Origin: Armatimonadota bacterium
GTDB lineage: Bacteria > Armatimonadota > UBA5829 > DTLH01
Direction of reading: 5' to 3'
Length of the DNA: 64,000 nucleotides
Assembly: GCA_039680575.1 (NCBI GenBank)
Contig: JBDKSP010000011.1
Span: 7,861 to 71,860, forward strand
Below the pieces are notes generated by a model. It did no database searches. It was not told the DNA's origin and saw only the letters and a list, made by a program, of their open reading frames with translations. The position numbers and the translations under genes were made by a program. Positions 9,745 to 20,005 of this stretch are shown here, piece by piece (positions within the stretch are counted from its first letter, which is position 1; each line of letters starts with the position of its first letter).

Positions 9745-10920
9745 TCAGAACGAATCTATGAGATAAAATACCGGCGTTCTCTTAGGAAAGACAGCTGCAA
9801 GCATCTCCGCGCCGGGCCGCGCTGGGAGAATTTCGGCTGGATTTCGATAACCGAAGACAAGATCTAGAAGCTGATATTGGGTAAGCCCGATCTTCAACTC
9901 TGATTGATGTTCCGAAACGGCAACATGACCGGGTGAAATGTCGAGAGTGATGTCACCGATGCCGTCTACCGTGATTGTCAACAGCGCCTCACTTCGTACA
10001 TTCGCTGCTTGCTTAGAAAGCTCAGGCAGCAGCCGTTCGAACATATTACGCAGGTTCAAAACTTTCAACATCATATAACTGCACGTTTTGGGCTTAAGAG
10101 GTAAGGCGATTTCTGCAATAGCAGTGTTGATTGTGCTGTAATAAGACAGACGGCATATGAGTTCTTCAGCATGCACCTGTGTAGCAAGATCCCACACTTT
10201 ATGCATAAGTGGCCTGAGCGAAGTCTCATGTGCCTCGCGGCAGCAAACCTCTGAAATCTGATAAGAGTTTCTGTAAGCATGTCCTGCAACATAACCCACT
10301 ATCTCATCATCGCACTCAGCTACCCAAATATCGAAGTGTTCGGCTTCAGGGTTTATCGCAAACCCGCTCCAATAGCCGGGAGTGCGTATTGTGGACAGTG
10401 CTATATCGGAATTGAACTCGTTGTAGATAGAAACTACGGCTTTGGCGTCCTTGTTGTCATATGGCCGCACTGAGTACGGCGTATCGGCTGGCGTCAGGCG
10501 GGGCTTTGGGCTTGATGCACCGACAGGAAAGTCGATTGTGCAGTATCCGAGGCGCTCGTAGTAGGGATTGATGCCTGTGAACAGCATAGAAAAATCCATT
10601 CCGGCATCGAACATAACCTCGATGGCATCTCTCATCGTTGCTGACGAGTATCCCTTTCCCTGAGACCCGGGAAGAGTGCCGACATTACTGATTCCGCCCA
10701 TAACAAGCGTAGAACTCCCGCACCTGACCTCGCGGCGGACAATCTGAACGGCGCTAACGATGCGGCCTTCATCCTCGCAGACGCGAGTGTATTCAGGAGT
10801 AAACCAGGGGTCTCCATAGAAGTATCGTTTGAAGTAACTGCGTGATGTATTTACAAAAGATTTGTCCCATAGATCGAGACATGTGTCGAACTCATCTGGT
10901 TTGATGCCTCTGATAATCAT
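9745..10920 (-). CDS. GNAT-family N-acetyltransferase (Eis-like, two-domain)
   Basis: The acetyl-CoA binding motif GSQGKGYSSATMRDAIEVMFDAG sits in the N-terminal half. The C-terminal extension gives a length of 391 aa, which is typical of Eis-like enzymes. Confidence 0.65.
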   Translation of the reverse strand: MIIRGIKPDEFDTCLDLWDKSFVNTSRSYFKRYFYGDPWFTPEYTRVCEDEGRIVSAVQIVRREVRCGSSTLVMGGISNVGTLPGSQGKGYSSATMRDAIEVMFDAGMDFSMLFTGINPYYERLGYCTIDFPVGASSPKPRLTPADTPYSVRPYDNKDAKAVVSIYNEFNSDIALSTIRTPGYWSGFAINPEAEHFDIWVAECDDEIVGYVAGHAYRNSYQISEVCCREAHETSLRPLMHKVWDLATQVHAEELICRLSYYSTINTAIAEIALPLKPKTCSYMMLKVLNLRNMFERLLPELSKQAANVRSEALLTITVDGIGDITLDISPGHVAVSEHQSELKIGLTQYQLLDLVFGYRNPAEILPARPGAEMLAAVFPKRTPVFYLIDSF

Positions 10921-11357
10921 TAAAGATCTCCGTCGGGCTTGAAGTCCGTAAACCCGTAGGGCATGTAGTCTGAAAGCAACCTTACGATAACAGAGCCGCT
11001 AGTATTTGCAGATATGATAGTCAGAGATTTGCCTGAGGCGAACTCCTGTATTACCTGGAGACATGCGCCGCAGGGGCTAGATGGAGTTCCGTCCGCAACA
11101 ACTGCTATAGCCTCGATTTCTTGTTCCCCTGCTGCTACAGCGTTCGCTATTGCGACTCGTTCCGCGCAGATCGTAAGGCCGAAAGAGACATTCTCGATGT
11201 TGCAGCCGGTAAAGATGCGGTTGCTGGATGTAAGTACCGCTGCACCCACCGGGAACTTCGAATAAGGTGCATATGCGTTCTTTCTTGCCTCTGCCGCCGC
11301 ACGAATCAGTTTATCGTTCAATCCGCAATCCCCTTCACCCTCAGATAAGCGCCACAA
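10920..11357 (-). CDS. cdd: Cytidine deaminase
   Basis: Zinc-binding motifs CAERVAI and PCGACLQVI are present. The length of 145 aa is typical of the homotetrameric CDA class. Confidence 0.85.
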   Translation of the reverse strand: MWRLSEGEGDCGLNDKLIRAAAEARKNAYAPYSKFPVGAAVLTSSNRIFTGCNIENVSFGLTICAERVAIANAVAAGEQEIEAIAVVADGTPSSPCGACLQVIQEFASGKSLTIISANTSGSVIVRLLSDYMPYGFTDFKPDGDL

Positions 11358-13698
11358 TGGTAGCGCCTGCGCCGCCTTCTGCCTGTTCTCCGAGTCTGTA
11401 TGACTCCACCGCCGGATGGCCCTTCAGGAATTGCCAGACAGCGAGCTTCAGCGCGCCGGTACCCTTGCCGTGGATTATGCGGACCTGGGACAGCCCAGCT
11501 CCCTGCGCTTCGTCGAGATACTTTTCGAGCTTATACAGCGCTTGTTCAGCGCGCTGGCCGATCAGGTTTATCTCACCGGAGATATTTGCGGCCTTGGTGA
11601 GCGTTACGCTCATTCCGGTCGGTTCAGGAGCATGCTCTTCTTTTTTACTGCCCCTGGATGGCCTGAGGGATGCTTCCGGGACGTTTACGCGCATTACGCC
11701 GATCATCACGAGCGCTTCGCCGTCTCGGATATCATCCACAAGCACGCCTTCCTGGTTCAGGTTCGCAATTCGCACATTATCGCCCTTTTTGAAGACCACG
11801 CCTTCTACCGGAAGGTCTTCCTCGGGCTCAGGCTGTATGATAAGCTCGTCGCGGACCTTTTCGATGGACTCTCTTGCGTCTTTTTTGATCTGCTCTGAAC
11901 GACTGCCTTCACGGCTGATCTTCGAGAGTTCAGAAAGTGATTTTTCCAGCTTTTTGGTGTAGCGTTCTATAACCTGTTTGCCCTGGATACGGACTTCATC
12001 CTCTGCTCTGGCTCTCGCTGCCTGGAGCTTTCGGATTTCCTCTTCGTAACGAAGCCGGAGTGACTCAGCTTCGTTATAAGATTTCTTTGCCTGGTGCCGG
12101 TCTTCCATGGCAGCTCGCTGGTTTTCTTCGATACGCCGGATAATCTCGTCTGTGCCATTCTCGCGGCCGGAAAGCGCATCTTCAGCTTGCTTTATAATAT
12201 CATCAGGCATACCAAGCCGGGACGCTATCGCAAATGCGTTGCTGCTGCCGGGAACACCCATCATAAGCCTGTAAGTCGGACGAAGGGTTTCCGGGTCGAA
12301 TTCCACGCTGGAGTTTTGAATGCCTTCGCGGGCGAATGCGAATTCTTTCAACTCACCATAGTGTGTGGTCGCGATCATTCGGGTACCCTTGTCCAGCAGA
12401 TGCTCAAGAATAGCCTTGGCAAGCGCAGCGCCTTCTGCAGGGTCCGTACCTGCTCCAAGCTCGTCGAATAGGACGAGAGAGTTAGGCCGGATACCCCTTA
12501 CGACGTCTACGATATTTCGTACATGCGCCGAAAAAGTGGATAGAGACTGCTCTATGCTCTGCTCATCACCGATGTCCGCGAACACTTGGTCGAAGACAGC
12601 TGCTTCTGTCCCTACACCGGCGGAAACATGCATCCCGGACTGCGCCATCAGCGTAAGGAGCCCGACTGTCTTCAGAGTGACGGTCTTGCCTCCCGTGTTC
12701 GGTCCGGTAATTAGGAGCGCCTTGAACCTGCGGCCAAGCTCGATGTCTATCGGCACTACATCACCATGAAGAAGTGGGTGTCTAGCCTGCACGAGTCTCA
12801 TCCAGCCGTTTTTGTTCAGAATCGGCTCAGTCGCGTTCATTGCAAGTGAAAGCTTTGCTTTCGCCGTAACGAAGTCCAGATGGCCTATGACTTCGAGCGT
12901 CGAAAGCGCATTCTGCGCGGAGGCAGCTACTTCACGGCTCAGTTTTATCAGGACCTTCTCTACTTCCTCATACTCTTTTGAGGCAAGATGCTTCAGGTCG
13001 TTTCCAAGCTCGACTATCTGCTCAGGCTCGACAAAGACCGTTGCTCCTGAAGTGCTTGAGTCGTGAACAATCCCTTTGACTTGCGCGCGATATTCGATCT
13101 TCACCGGTACGCAGTAGCGTTCGCTGCGCTGAGTTATGACAGGATCCTGGAGAGCCGTTTTATACTGTGCCGATTGGACAATCGAGTTCAGCCGCTCCAT
13201 AATCTTCGAATGCTTCGACTTGATGTCAGAACGAACACGGGCGAGAGCGGGGCTGGCTGAGTCGAGTATTTCGCCGCCCTGGTTTATCGACTGGGCGACG
13301 TTTCTCTCTATATCGTCGAAGGTAGACATCCTGGAAGCGATCTCTCCGAGAAGCGGAAATTCGTCTTTTCTTTTTACAAGGAACCCTCGAAGTCTTCTGC
13401 CAGAACCTAAAGTATGAGCCACACTGAGGAGTTCCACCGGCGTGAGCATCGATCCAAGCTCGGCTTTATAAATAGAAGGCCGGATATCCGTTATCCCGCC
13501 GAGTGGGATGCTTCCATTTGAAAGGAGTATTCCGCGAGCTTCTGAAGTCTCCGACTGCATTCGTTCGATCCAGTCGACATCCGTCTGCGGGACGAGCGCA
13601 AGCGCACGCTCCCGGCCGAGCGAACAGGCGGTGTGCTCCGCAAGCGCGTTCACAACCTTATCATATTCAAGAACCTTAAGTGTATGGCCTTCCATCAT
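11341..13698 (-). CDS. mutS2: Endonuclease MutS2
   Basis: MutS domain with a P-loop (LITGPNTGGKTVTLKTVGL), then a long coiled-coil linker, then a C-terminal Smr domain (RIIHGKGTGALKLAVWQFL). Total length 785 aa. Confidence 0.9.
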   Translation of the reverse strand: MMEGHTLKVLEYDKVVNALAEHTACSLGRERALALVPQTDVDWIERMQSETSEARGILLSNGSIPLGGITDIRPSIYKAELGSMLTPVELLSVAHTLGSGRRLRGFLVKRKDEFPLLGEIASRMSTFDDIERNVAQSINQGGEILDSASPALARVRSDIKSKHSKIMERLNSIVQSAQYKTALQDPVITQRSERYCVPVKIEYRAQVKGIVHDSSTSGATVFVEPEQIVELGNDLKHLASKEYEEVEKVLIKLSREVAASAQNALSTLEVIGHLDFVTAKAKLSLAMNATEPILNKNGWMRLVQARHPLLHGDVVPIDIELGRRFKALLITGPNTGGKTVTLKTVGLLTLMAQSGMHVSAGVGTEAAVFDQVFADIGDEQSIEQSLSTFSAHVRNIVDVVRGIRPNSLVLFDELGAGTDPAEGAALAKAILEHLLDKGTRMIATTHYGELKEFAFAREGIQNSSVEFDPETLRPTYRLMMGVPGSSNAFAIASRLGMPDDIIKQAEDALSGRENGTDEIIRRIEENQRAAMEDRHQAKKSYNEAESLRLRYEEEIRKLQAARARAEDEVRIQGKQVIERYTKKLEKSLSELSKISREGSRSEQIKKDARESIEKVRDELIIQPEPEEDLPVEGVVFKKGDNVRIANLNQEGVLVDDIRDGEALVMIGVMRVNVPEASLRPSRGSKKEEHAPEPTGMSVTLTKAANISGEINLIGQRAEQALYKLEKYLDEAQGAGLSQVRIIHGKGTGALKLAVWQFLKGHPAVESYRLGEQAEGGAGATIVALI

Positions 13699-13869
13699 TT
13701 CCCATGAATTATACCAAAGGGCAGGATAGGCAGCAAGGAAGCAGGCGAAATTTTGTATAACTATTCAGTATGAACTATAGGAGTTTTCCCTTCACTTCTG
13801 GCAGCAACGCAACTTAGCTTCAGTGGAAAGCAGTCTGATAAATATTTATATTATGTCTATCTGGTACTG

Positions 13870-13903
13870 CTGACACTGTTTGTCAGTTGATATATGCTAC
13901 AAT
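13870..13903 (+). promoter_or_regulatory. Putative cas operon promoter with an overlapping inverted-repeat operator
   Basis: Extended -10 element TGcTACAAT at 13895-13903. The inverted repeat ctgaca-N5-tgtcag (13870-13886) lies over the -35 position. It is 30 bp upstream of the cas3 ATG, within an AT-rich intergenic region. Confidence 0.3.
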
Positions 13904-13933
13904 GCCTATCAGATGTGCTTGCAGTCATAAGAT

Positions 13934-16555
13934 ATGCGTTATGGAAAAGATGAAGGTGAATATATGGACACAAAGATTACTGATCGCGATATTGTAAGGA
14001 TACTGTGGGCGAAATCGAACCCGCCTCACCCCCTCTGGTGTCATCTGCTGGATACCGCTGCTGTGTGCGAGCAGCTTATAAACTGCTTTGGCTGCCCCGA
14101 AGATATTCCACCTCTATGGACAATGTATCTGGCGGCGCTCCACGATATAGGGAAAGCAGATTCGGAGTTTCAGGAACAGCGTGGCGAGGGATTCAGGCAT
14201 GAATCGATGTCTGGAGACTGGGTATACAGATATTTGACCAGTGCCGATCTGGACTGGGGCGAATATGCCGCAAAACTCGCAGAAGCGGTGCTTCGAAGCC
14301 ACCACGGAAACTTTAAGCCGAAGCCTTGCGGTCATCCAGCCGATTACAACACCTGGGAAGGCATTCGTCTGCAGCTTGCCGAGATAGTCGCGGATGCACT
14401 TAATTTGCATAGTGAACCGTTTTCCCCGCCCGCTTTCGGCAATTCAAGCTCCACCGGAGTCAAACTGATCGGACTGACTGTCCTGTCGGACTGGATCGCA
14501 TCAAACGAAGAGCTTTTCCGCTATCATCTCATCGACAACAACTTGAAACCCCAGGAATACTGGCAGAATGCACAGGTAAATGCAGCCCGCGCTGTCGAGA
14601 CGCTTCAGTTGGACCAGCCGGTCAGCCCAATCCAAGGGAATGAGACCCCTTCTTTTCGTGACATCTGGCCGGATATCCAAGAGCTGAAGCCGTCACAGAG
14701 GACTATCGAAGAATCCTGCATAAAAGGTATTCCTCCGGGGCTTGTTATCATCGAAGCGCCTATGGGAGAAGGCAAAACGGAGTCCGCGATATATATCGCC
14801 GAGTGCTGGAGGAGAAAATACGGCACTAAAGGGACCTATATCGCGCTTCCAACTATGGCTACAAGCAACCAGATGCACCATAGATATAGCGAATTCCTGT
14901 CCAATCGTCGCCCCGCTGTCGGTGCTCCTCGGCTGGTGCATGGGATGGCGTGGCTGATCGATAATACCTCGCCTGATAACGGCCCGGATACGTTCGGTGA
15001 TGACCCGAATGAAGAACAGTTACTCGCGCGTGAGTGGTTCAGCCCCTCGAAGCGGGCATTGATCGCGCCGGAAGGCGTCGGAACAATCGATCAGGTCCTT
15101 ATGGCTGCGCTGAACGTAAAGCACGGCTTCCTGCGGCTGCTTGGAATCTCCTCGAAGACGCTTATTATCGACGAAGTCCACGCATACGATGAGTATATGA
15201 CGGTTATCCTCGAACGGCTCCTCGAATGGTGCAGGACGCTCAAAATACCCGTAATTATGCTCTCAGCCACGCTTTCAAAGCCGCAGAAAGAGCGATTGAT
15301 CGAGGCATATCAGGGAAAACCGGATGATTGTCCCGCGTACCCGCTCATTACCATAGTCCCGATGGATGGGAGTGAGACAAAATCCATATCTGTCGAAGGG
15401 CAAAAGACTCGAAAAGTGCTGGTGGAGCAGCATCCGGGTATGCTGGATGATCCAAAAGCCGCCGCTGATCTGGCAGTTGAGCTGGTAAAGGATGGCGGCT
15501 GCGCATGTGTGCTGGTGAACACCGTAAAGCATGCCCAGGCCGTCTATAAAGAGCTAAAGGAACTGCTTCCCGACGAAAAAGAACGCTATCTATTCCATGC
15601 AAGGTTCCCTGCATGGAGAAGAAATGAAATAGAAGAACAAATAGGAGGAAGTAAGGACAAGGGAAGAATCGGCTTGTTCGGCAAAAAGGCTGTAGAGAAA
15701 GGGACTCGGCCAACGAAAGCAGTGCTTGTCGCCACTCAAGTCGTCGAGCAGAGCATCGACCTGGACTTCGATGTCATGATCTCACAGCTTGCCCCAATCG
15801 ACCTATTACTTCAGCGGACAGGCAGGCTTTGGCGGCATAGAGAAACCGATGCTTTTCGCCCGCCGCATCTGAAAGATACACTTCATATACTTATGCCGGA
15901 CCGTACGCTGGGGGACTCGAAATATGTTTACGGAGAATCAGCGCTTCTTCGTACAATGGCGATTCTTGAAAACCGGAATGTGTTCAACCTCCCGGATGAT
16001 TTCAGGCCGCTGATAGATGATTGCTACGGGGATAGGTGCGTTATAGGCAGTATGGTTTCGGAGCGGATACAGCGGCTGGCTGACGCTGAGGCTGAGATAA
16101 AGAAAGAAATGAGCGCAGGAAAAGCGTCCTTATGCCTCATACCGCTCCCTTCTGATCGAGAGTTCTCTCTTGTAAGGCCAAACGCCGCTATATTAAGGAA
16201 TGAGTCCGATGGAGATACGGCCAGCTACTTCAACACGAGCACGCGGCTGGACAGCAATACCTGCCCGGTTATGCTGCTGGAAGACCCAGTGCTGATTGCA
16301 GCGGCGCATAAGAAGAAAACTCCCCCGAAAGATGTGCTTAAAGAGCTGTTCCTTAACAAAGTGGACATTCCGTCTTCCTGGATCAGAGATGCTCAACCGG
16401 CGGACGGATATGGACCTCTGTTTTCAGACGCTAAGTGGCTTCGCCGGACAACCGTGATCCCGCTCATCGACAGCAAATGGAGGGGGATACGGCAAGGCAA
16501 GAATTTCGAGATAACTGTGGATGATATTTTGGGAGTGGAGGTTGGGTGCCAATGA
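13934..16555 (+). CDS. cas3: CRISPR-associated helicase/nuclease Cas3 (type I-E, HD plus DEAH helicase)
   Basis: N-terminal HD nuclease motifs (HLLDTAAV..LHDIGK). Helicase motif I is APMGEGKTESA and motif II is IIDEVHAY. It is the first gene of the cas operon. The alternative start MDTKI at 13964 is also possible. Confidence 0.93.
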   Translation: MRYGKDEGEYMDTKITDRDIVRILWAKSNPPHPLWCHLLDTAAVCEQLINCFGCPEDIPPLWTMYLAALHDIGKADSEFQEQRGEGFRHESMSGDWVYRYLTSADLDWGEYAAKLAEAVLRSHHGNFKPKPCGHPADYNTWEGIRLQLAEIVADALNLHSEPFSPPAFGNSSSTGVKLIGLTVLSDWIASNEELFRYHLIDNNLKPQEYWQNAQVNAARAVETLQLDQPVSPIQGNETPSFRDIWPDIQELKPSQRTIEESCIKGIPPGLVIIEAPMGEGKTESAIYIAECWRRKYGTKGTYIALPTMATSNQMHHRYSEFLSNRRPAVGAPRLVHGMAWLIDNTSPDNGPDTFGDDPNEEQLLAREWFSPSKRALIAPEGVGTIDQVLMAALNVKHGFLRLLGISSKTLIIDEVHAYDEYMTVILERLLEWCRTLKIPVIMLSATLSKPQKERLIEAYQGKPDDCPAYPLITIVPMDGSETKSISVEGQKTRKVLVEQHPGMLDDPKAAADLAVELVKDGGCACVLVNTVKHAQAVYKELKELLPDEKERYLFHARFPAWRRNEIEEQIGGSKDKGRIGLFGKKAVEKGTRPTKAVLVATQVVEQSIDLDFDVMISQLAPIDLLLQRTGRLWRHRETDAFRPPHLKDTLHILMPDRTLGDSKYVYGESALLRTMAILENRNVFNLPDDFRPLIDDCYGDRCVIGSMVSERIQRLADAEAEIKKEMSAGKASLCLIPLPSDREFSLVRPNAAILRNESDGDTASYFNTSTRLDSNTCPVMLLEDPVLIAAAHKKKTPPKDVLKELFLNKVDIPSSWIRDAQPADGYGPLFSDAKWLRRTTVIPLIDSKWRGIRQGKNFEITVDDILGVEVGCQ

Positions 16556-18120
16556 ATAAGACTTTTAACCTACTAAAAGAACCCTGGATTCATGTAGTCC
16601 AGGACAATGAGTTAGTGGAGATGAATCTCCGCGATGTTTTGTGCTTGGCGGACAAGATATCGGAAATATCCGATCCGCTGCCGATAGTGGAATTCGGCCT
16701 TTCCCGACTGCTCGTTGCGCTCGTTATGGATGTTTTTCACCTCTATGACAGCCGCGACAGTTTCGGCCTGAGGGACCTGCTGAATACCGGTCATTTCGAC
16801 CCCGCGCAGATAGATGAATATTTCGAAGTAAACGGTCCCTACTTCGATCTGTTCGACGCCAAAAGGCCATTCCTGCAGATGGCTGATGTCGACAGCCCGG
16901 TAAAGCCACTTTCCGGGCTTCTATCATGCGTCCCATCAGGGACGGCAGCAACTCACTTTCACCACTACGGTGAAATGGAGTTCAGCGTATCCCCAGCCGC
17001 GGCGGCCAGGCTTCTTACTACGATTGCGCCGTTTATGACCGCAGGCGGCGCGGGACTGGCTCCGTCCATCAACGGCGCTCCACCCTGGTATGTGCTTGTC
17101 AGGGGAGAGAACCTGTTCGAGACCATCTGCCTGAACTGCTTTGTCGGGAATACCGGGTTATCAGGCGATGCTCCGCCTGCATGGAGGAACCCGCTGCCGC
17201 CAAAGACCGACGGCCGGTGCGCGGGTGCAAGCCTGCCGGAAGCATTGACCTGGCGGCCAAGGCTGATACAGCTCATTCCTGGTAACTCTGGAGTCTGTTC
17301 CATGTCAGGCGAGGAGTGCGATGTTCTCGTCCAGACGATGAGATTCAAGGCAGGAGCATCCTGCAACTTCGCATGGACCGACCCCAATGTGCCGTATAAG
17401 TACTCAGAAAAAGGGGCGCTGGTGATGAGACCGCAGGACGGCAGGGAGATCTGGCGCGACACCGGGCCGCTCGCGCTCTTGAACGATAACGCATATAAAT
17501 CTTCGGATGCCAAAGTGAAATTCTCCCGTCCGCTGATTGTCGACCAGTTCCAGGAGTTATATAGCCACAAGGATAAACCGTTCTCTTTTGCCGTCTATGG
17601 TATGCGGACCGATATGAAGATGAAAGTCTTCGAGTGGCAAAAGGAAGTCCTTTCCGTTCCTGTAGAGTTGGTCATAGGTCAGAACCACGCAATCTTTGCG
17701 CAGGACTTTATCGACGAAGCGGACAAGGTAGAATACGCGCTGAGAAAAGCGATAAAGCATCTCTACCCCAGGGACGGCGCGGGCAACTCGAATGCGTTCG
17801 AGTCGGTGATTGCCAACGCCAGGCGGCAATACTGGTCGCACCTTCGACCTCACTACAATGACCTGCTAAAGGAGATGGCCAAGCATTCTGAGGATGAATT
17901 GGCCGAAGCTAAATATGCGCTTCAGGACGAGTGGCGCACTCACGAGAAAAAGGCCGCTATGGAAGCATTCCATACCGCATCGGAGGATTTGGACACCTAC
18001 GCAGAGAATATCCGGCGTCAGGCTGAAGCCGGACGGCAACTGCAATCTTCTATAAATGGCGTGTTTTTGAGCCCGGAAGAGAAAGCGGCGAGAAAGAAGT
18101 CCAAAACAAGGAGGAAATGA
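16546..18120 (+). CDS. casA: Cascade large subunit Cse1/CasA
   Basis: 524 aa. It follows cas3 with a 10-bp overlap and is followed by cse2. Size and position are canonical for I-E. Confidence 0.88.
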   Translation: MPMNKTFNLLKEPWIHVVQDNELVEMNLRDVLCLADKISEISDPLPIVEFGLSRLLVALVMDVFHLYDSRDSFGLRDLLNTGHFDPAQIDEYFEVNGPYFDLFDAKRPFLQMADVDSPVKPLSGLLSCVPSGTAATHFHHYGEMEFSVSPAAAARLLTTIAPFMTAGGAGLAPSINGAPPWYVLVRGENLFETICLNCFVGNTGLSGDAPPAWRNPLPPKTDGRCAGASLPEALTWRPRLIQLIPGNSGVCSMSGEECDVLVQTMRFKAGASCNFAWTDPNVPYKYSEKGALVMRPQDGREIWRDTGPLALLNDNAYKSSDAKVKFSRPLIVDQFQELYSHKDKPFSFAVYGMRTDMKMKVFEWQKEVLSVPVELVIGQNHAIFAQDFIDEADKVEYALRKAIKHLYPRDGAGNSNAFESVIANARRQYWSHLRPHYNDLLKEMAKHSEDELAEAKYALQDEWRTHEKKAAMEAFHTASEDLDTYAENIRRQAEAGRQLQSSINGVFLSPEEKAARKKSKTRRK

Positions 18121-18123
18121 GCA

Positions 18124-18813
18124 GTGATCGAAACACCGACTGATACTCCGGTTGTTCCAGAGGAAACCCAAAATGATTACCTTGCTTACGATCTGAAGTT
18201 TATCTGTGATCTGGCGAAGCATCTGAATGGCGACAGAGGCAAGGCTGCCATGCTTCGCAGAAACGCGGGGAATACAATCGCGGAATCGAGAAACATCGAT
18301 TGGTTCTTCCACCTGCTTGGCGGACGTCCCATCACACGTCTGAATGATGGTACGTTCAAAGACGAAGAGGCCTATTTCGTCATTTCGACGCTGTTTGCAT
18401 CGGACAAAGCCAGTATCGAGTGCTTTGCTGATAAAGAAGCTGAGACGAAGCCGGCTAACGGCAATTTCGGTTACACGCTGTACCGGCTTAAAAAGAAGAT
18501 ATGCGATGTGGAATCTGCAGAAAAGACATTCGACCGCAGGTTCGGCATCCTTCTCGATGCCGATTTCGACCCGCAGCTTGGCGGAAGCCTTTCGTTCAGA
18601 CTCAGGCAGATGACAAAGCGTGTAATCGCTGAGAAAGACCCTGCATTAAGTATCAACTGGCCGCAGTTGTTGCGCGATATAAAGCGCTGGAACGGCAGTA
18701 AAAAGCCCACTCAGAAGAGCTGGGCGCGCAGCTATTATGCACCGGTTTTCAAGTCCAGCGACGAGAAACCGGAATCGGACGAAAAACAAGACCACATACA
18801 AGGAGATTATTAA
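18124..18813 (+). CDS. casB: Cascade small subunit Cse2/CasB
   Basis: 229 aa with a GTG start 3 bp after the casA stop. It lies between cse1 and cas7 as in E. coli. The product is helical and rich in Arg/Lys. Confidence 0.8.
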   Translation: MIETPTDTPVVPEETQNDYLAYDLKFICDLAKHLNGDRGKAAMLRRNAGNTIAESRNIDWFFHLLGGRPITRLNDGTFKDEEAYFVISTLFASDKASIECFADKEAETKPANGNFGYTLYRLKKKICDVESAEKTFDRRFGILLDADFDPQLGGSLSFRLRQMTKRVIAEKDPALSINWPQLLRDIKRWNGSKKPTQKSWARSYYAPVFKSSDEKPESDEKQDHIQGDY

Positions 18814-18814
18814 A

Positions 18815-20005
18815 ATGCTTATCGAAATTCATATACTTCAGAACCATTCACCTTCAAACCTGAACAGGGACGATACCGGAAGCCCTAAGGAGGCTATTTT
18901 CGGAGGTTGGAAGCGGGCGCGTATATCCAGCCAGTGTCTGAAGCGGAGCATCCGCAGGTCCGGCATATTCCAGCAGGAGATGAATGGTCATCTAGCCAAT
19001 CGTACCCGGCGGCTGCCGGAACTCGTGCGGGAAAGGCTCATCGCAGGCGGAGTCCCGGCGGAGTTGGCTGAAATCGCCGCCAGGAAGGCATCCGGCTTCG
19101 GCAACAACAAAAATTCGGAGCAGAAAGCGGATAAAGACGGCAAGTATGCGACGGCTCAGACGATGTTTCTTACTGATAAGGACATCGACGCCGTTACGGA
19201 GGTGCTGAAAGAGGCAGCGCTGGCAGCCGGGACGCCCGAAAAGTTCGAGGCGGACAAGACCAGCTATCAGGAGAAGGCCAGACCGTTAGGTTATCGCCCG
19301 GTCAGCGTGGATATAGCGTTATTCGGCAGGATGATTACTTCAGAGGCCTTCAGAGACTGCGAAGCCTCCGCGCAGGTGGCACACGCCATCTCCACTCATA
19401 AAGTCGAGCACGAATATGACTACTTTACAGCCGTGGACGACCTGAAAGGGACAAGCGAAATCGAGGAAGATGCCGGAGCCGATATGATAGGCGATGTGGA
19501 GTTCAATTCCGCCTGTTATTACAAGTATTTCTCGATAGATTTCGAAGGGTTCGTTGCAAATCTCACGGGTGAGTGCGCAGGGAGAAAAGATATTTCCAAA
19601 AACGAGAAAGACGATGCCTCCGATCTCGCTGCGCGGGCAGTTGGCGCACTGCTGAAAAGCGCCGTCTTTACGACTCCATCCGGTAAGCAGAACACTTTCG
19701 GCGCAAATCAGCTCCCGGCTGCGGTACTTGTCGAAGTGAGGCCATACAATACTCCTGTCAATTACGCTAACGCATTTGCAGAGCCCGCGAGATACGCCGC
19801 TGACGGAGGACTCGTAAAAGATTCCATAAACAAACTCACAAAGCACATTTCGGCCTTGACAAAAGGTTTCAACCTGGAATCGAAAGCTCGTTTCCTGCTT
19901 GCGCCGGAATACCCGGAATGCACCATCGAAGGCGTGGGTGTCACCAAAGTCTCTGACATGAATGCCTTGTGTGAGCAGGTGAAGGGTGTGATCCTAAATG
20001 GGTAG
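18815..20005 (+). CDS. casC: Cascade backbone subunit Cas7e/CasC
   Basis: AAGGAG RBS. The start is MLIEIHILQNHSPSNLNRDDTGSPK, which is the conserved Cas7e N-terminal motif. Length 397 aa. Confidence 0.9.
   Translation: MLIEIHILQNHSPSNLNRDDTGSPKEAIFGGWKRARISSQCLKRSIRRSGIFQQEMNGHLANRTRRLPELVRERLIAGGVPAELAEIAARKASGFGNNKNSEQKADKDGKYATAQTMFLTDKDIDAVTEVLKEAALAAGTPEKFEADKTSYQEKARPLGYRPVSVDIALFGRMITSEAFRDCEASAQVAHAISTHKVEHEYDYFTAVDDLKGTSEIEEDAGADMIGDVEFNSACYYKYFSIDFEGFVANLTGECAGRKDISKNEKDDASDLAARAVGALLKSAVFTTPSGKQNTFGANQLPAAVLVEVRPYNTPVNYANAFAEPARYAADGGLVKDSINKLTKHISALTKGFNLESKARFLLAPEYPECTIEGVGVTKVSDMNALCEQVKGVILNG

Noticed and set aside
11267-12769. Several plus-strand ORFs (up to 231 aa) inside mutS2
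   Set aside because: They lie antisense to a confidently assigned MutS2 gene. Their composition is low-complexity Ser/Pro/Arg-rich, typical of GC-rich antisense frames.
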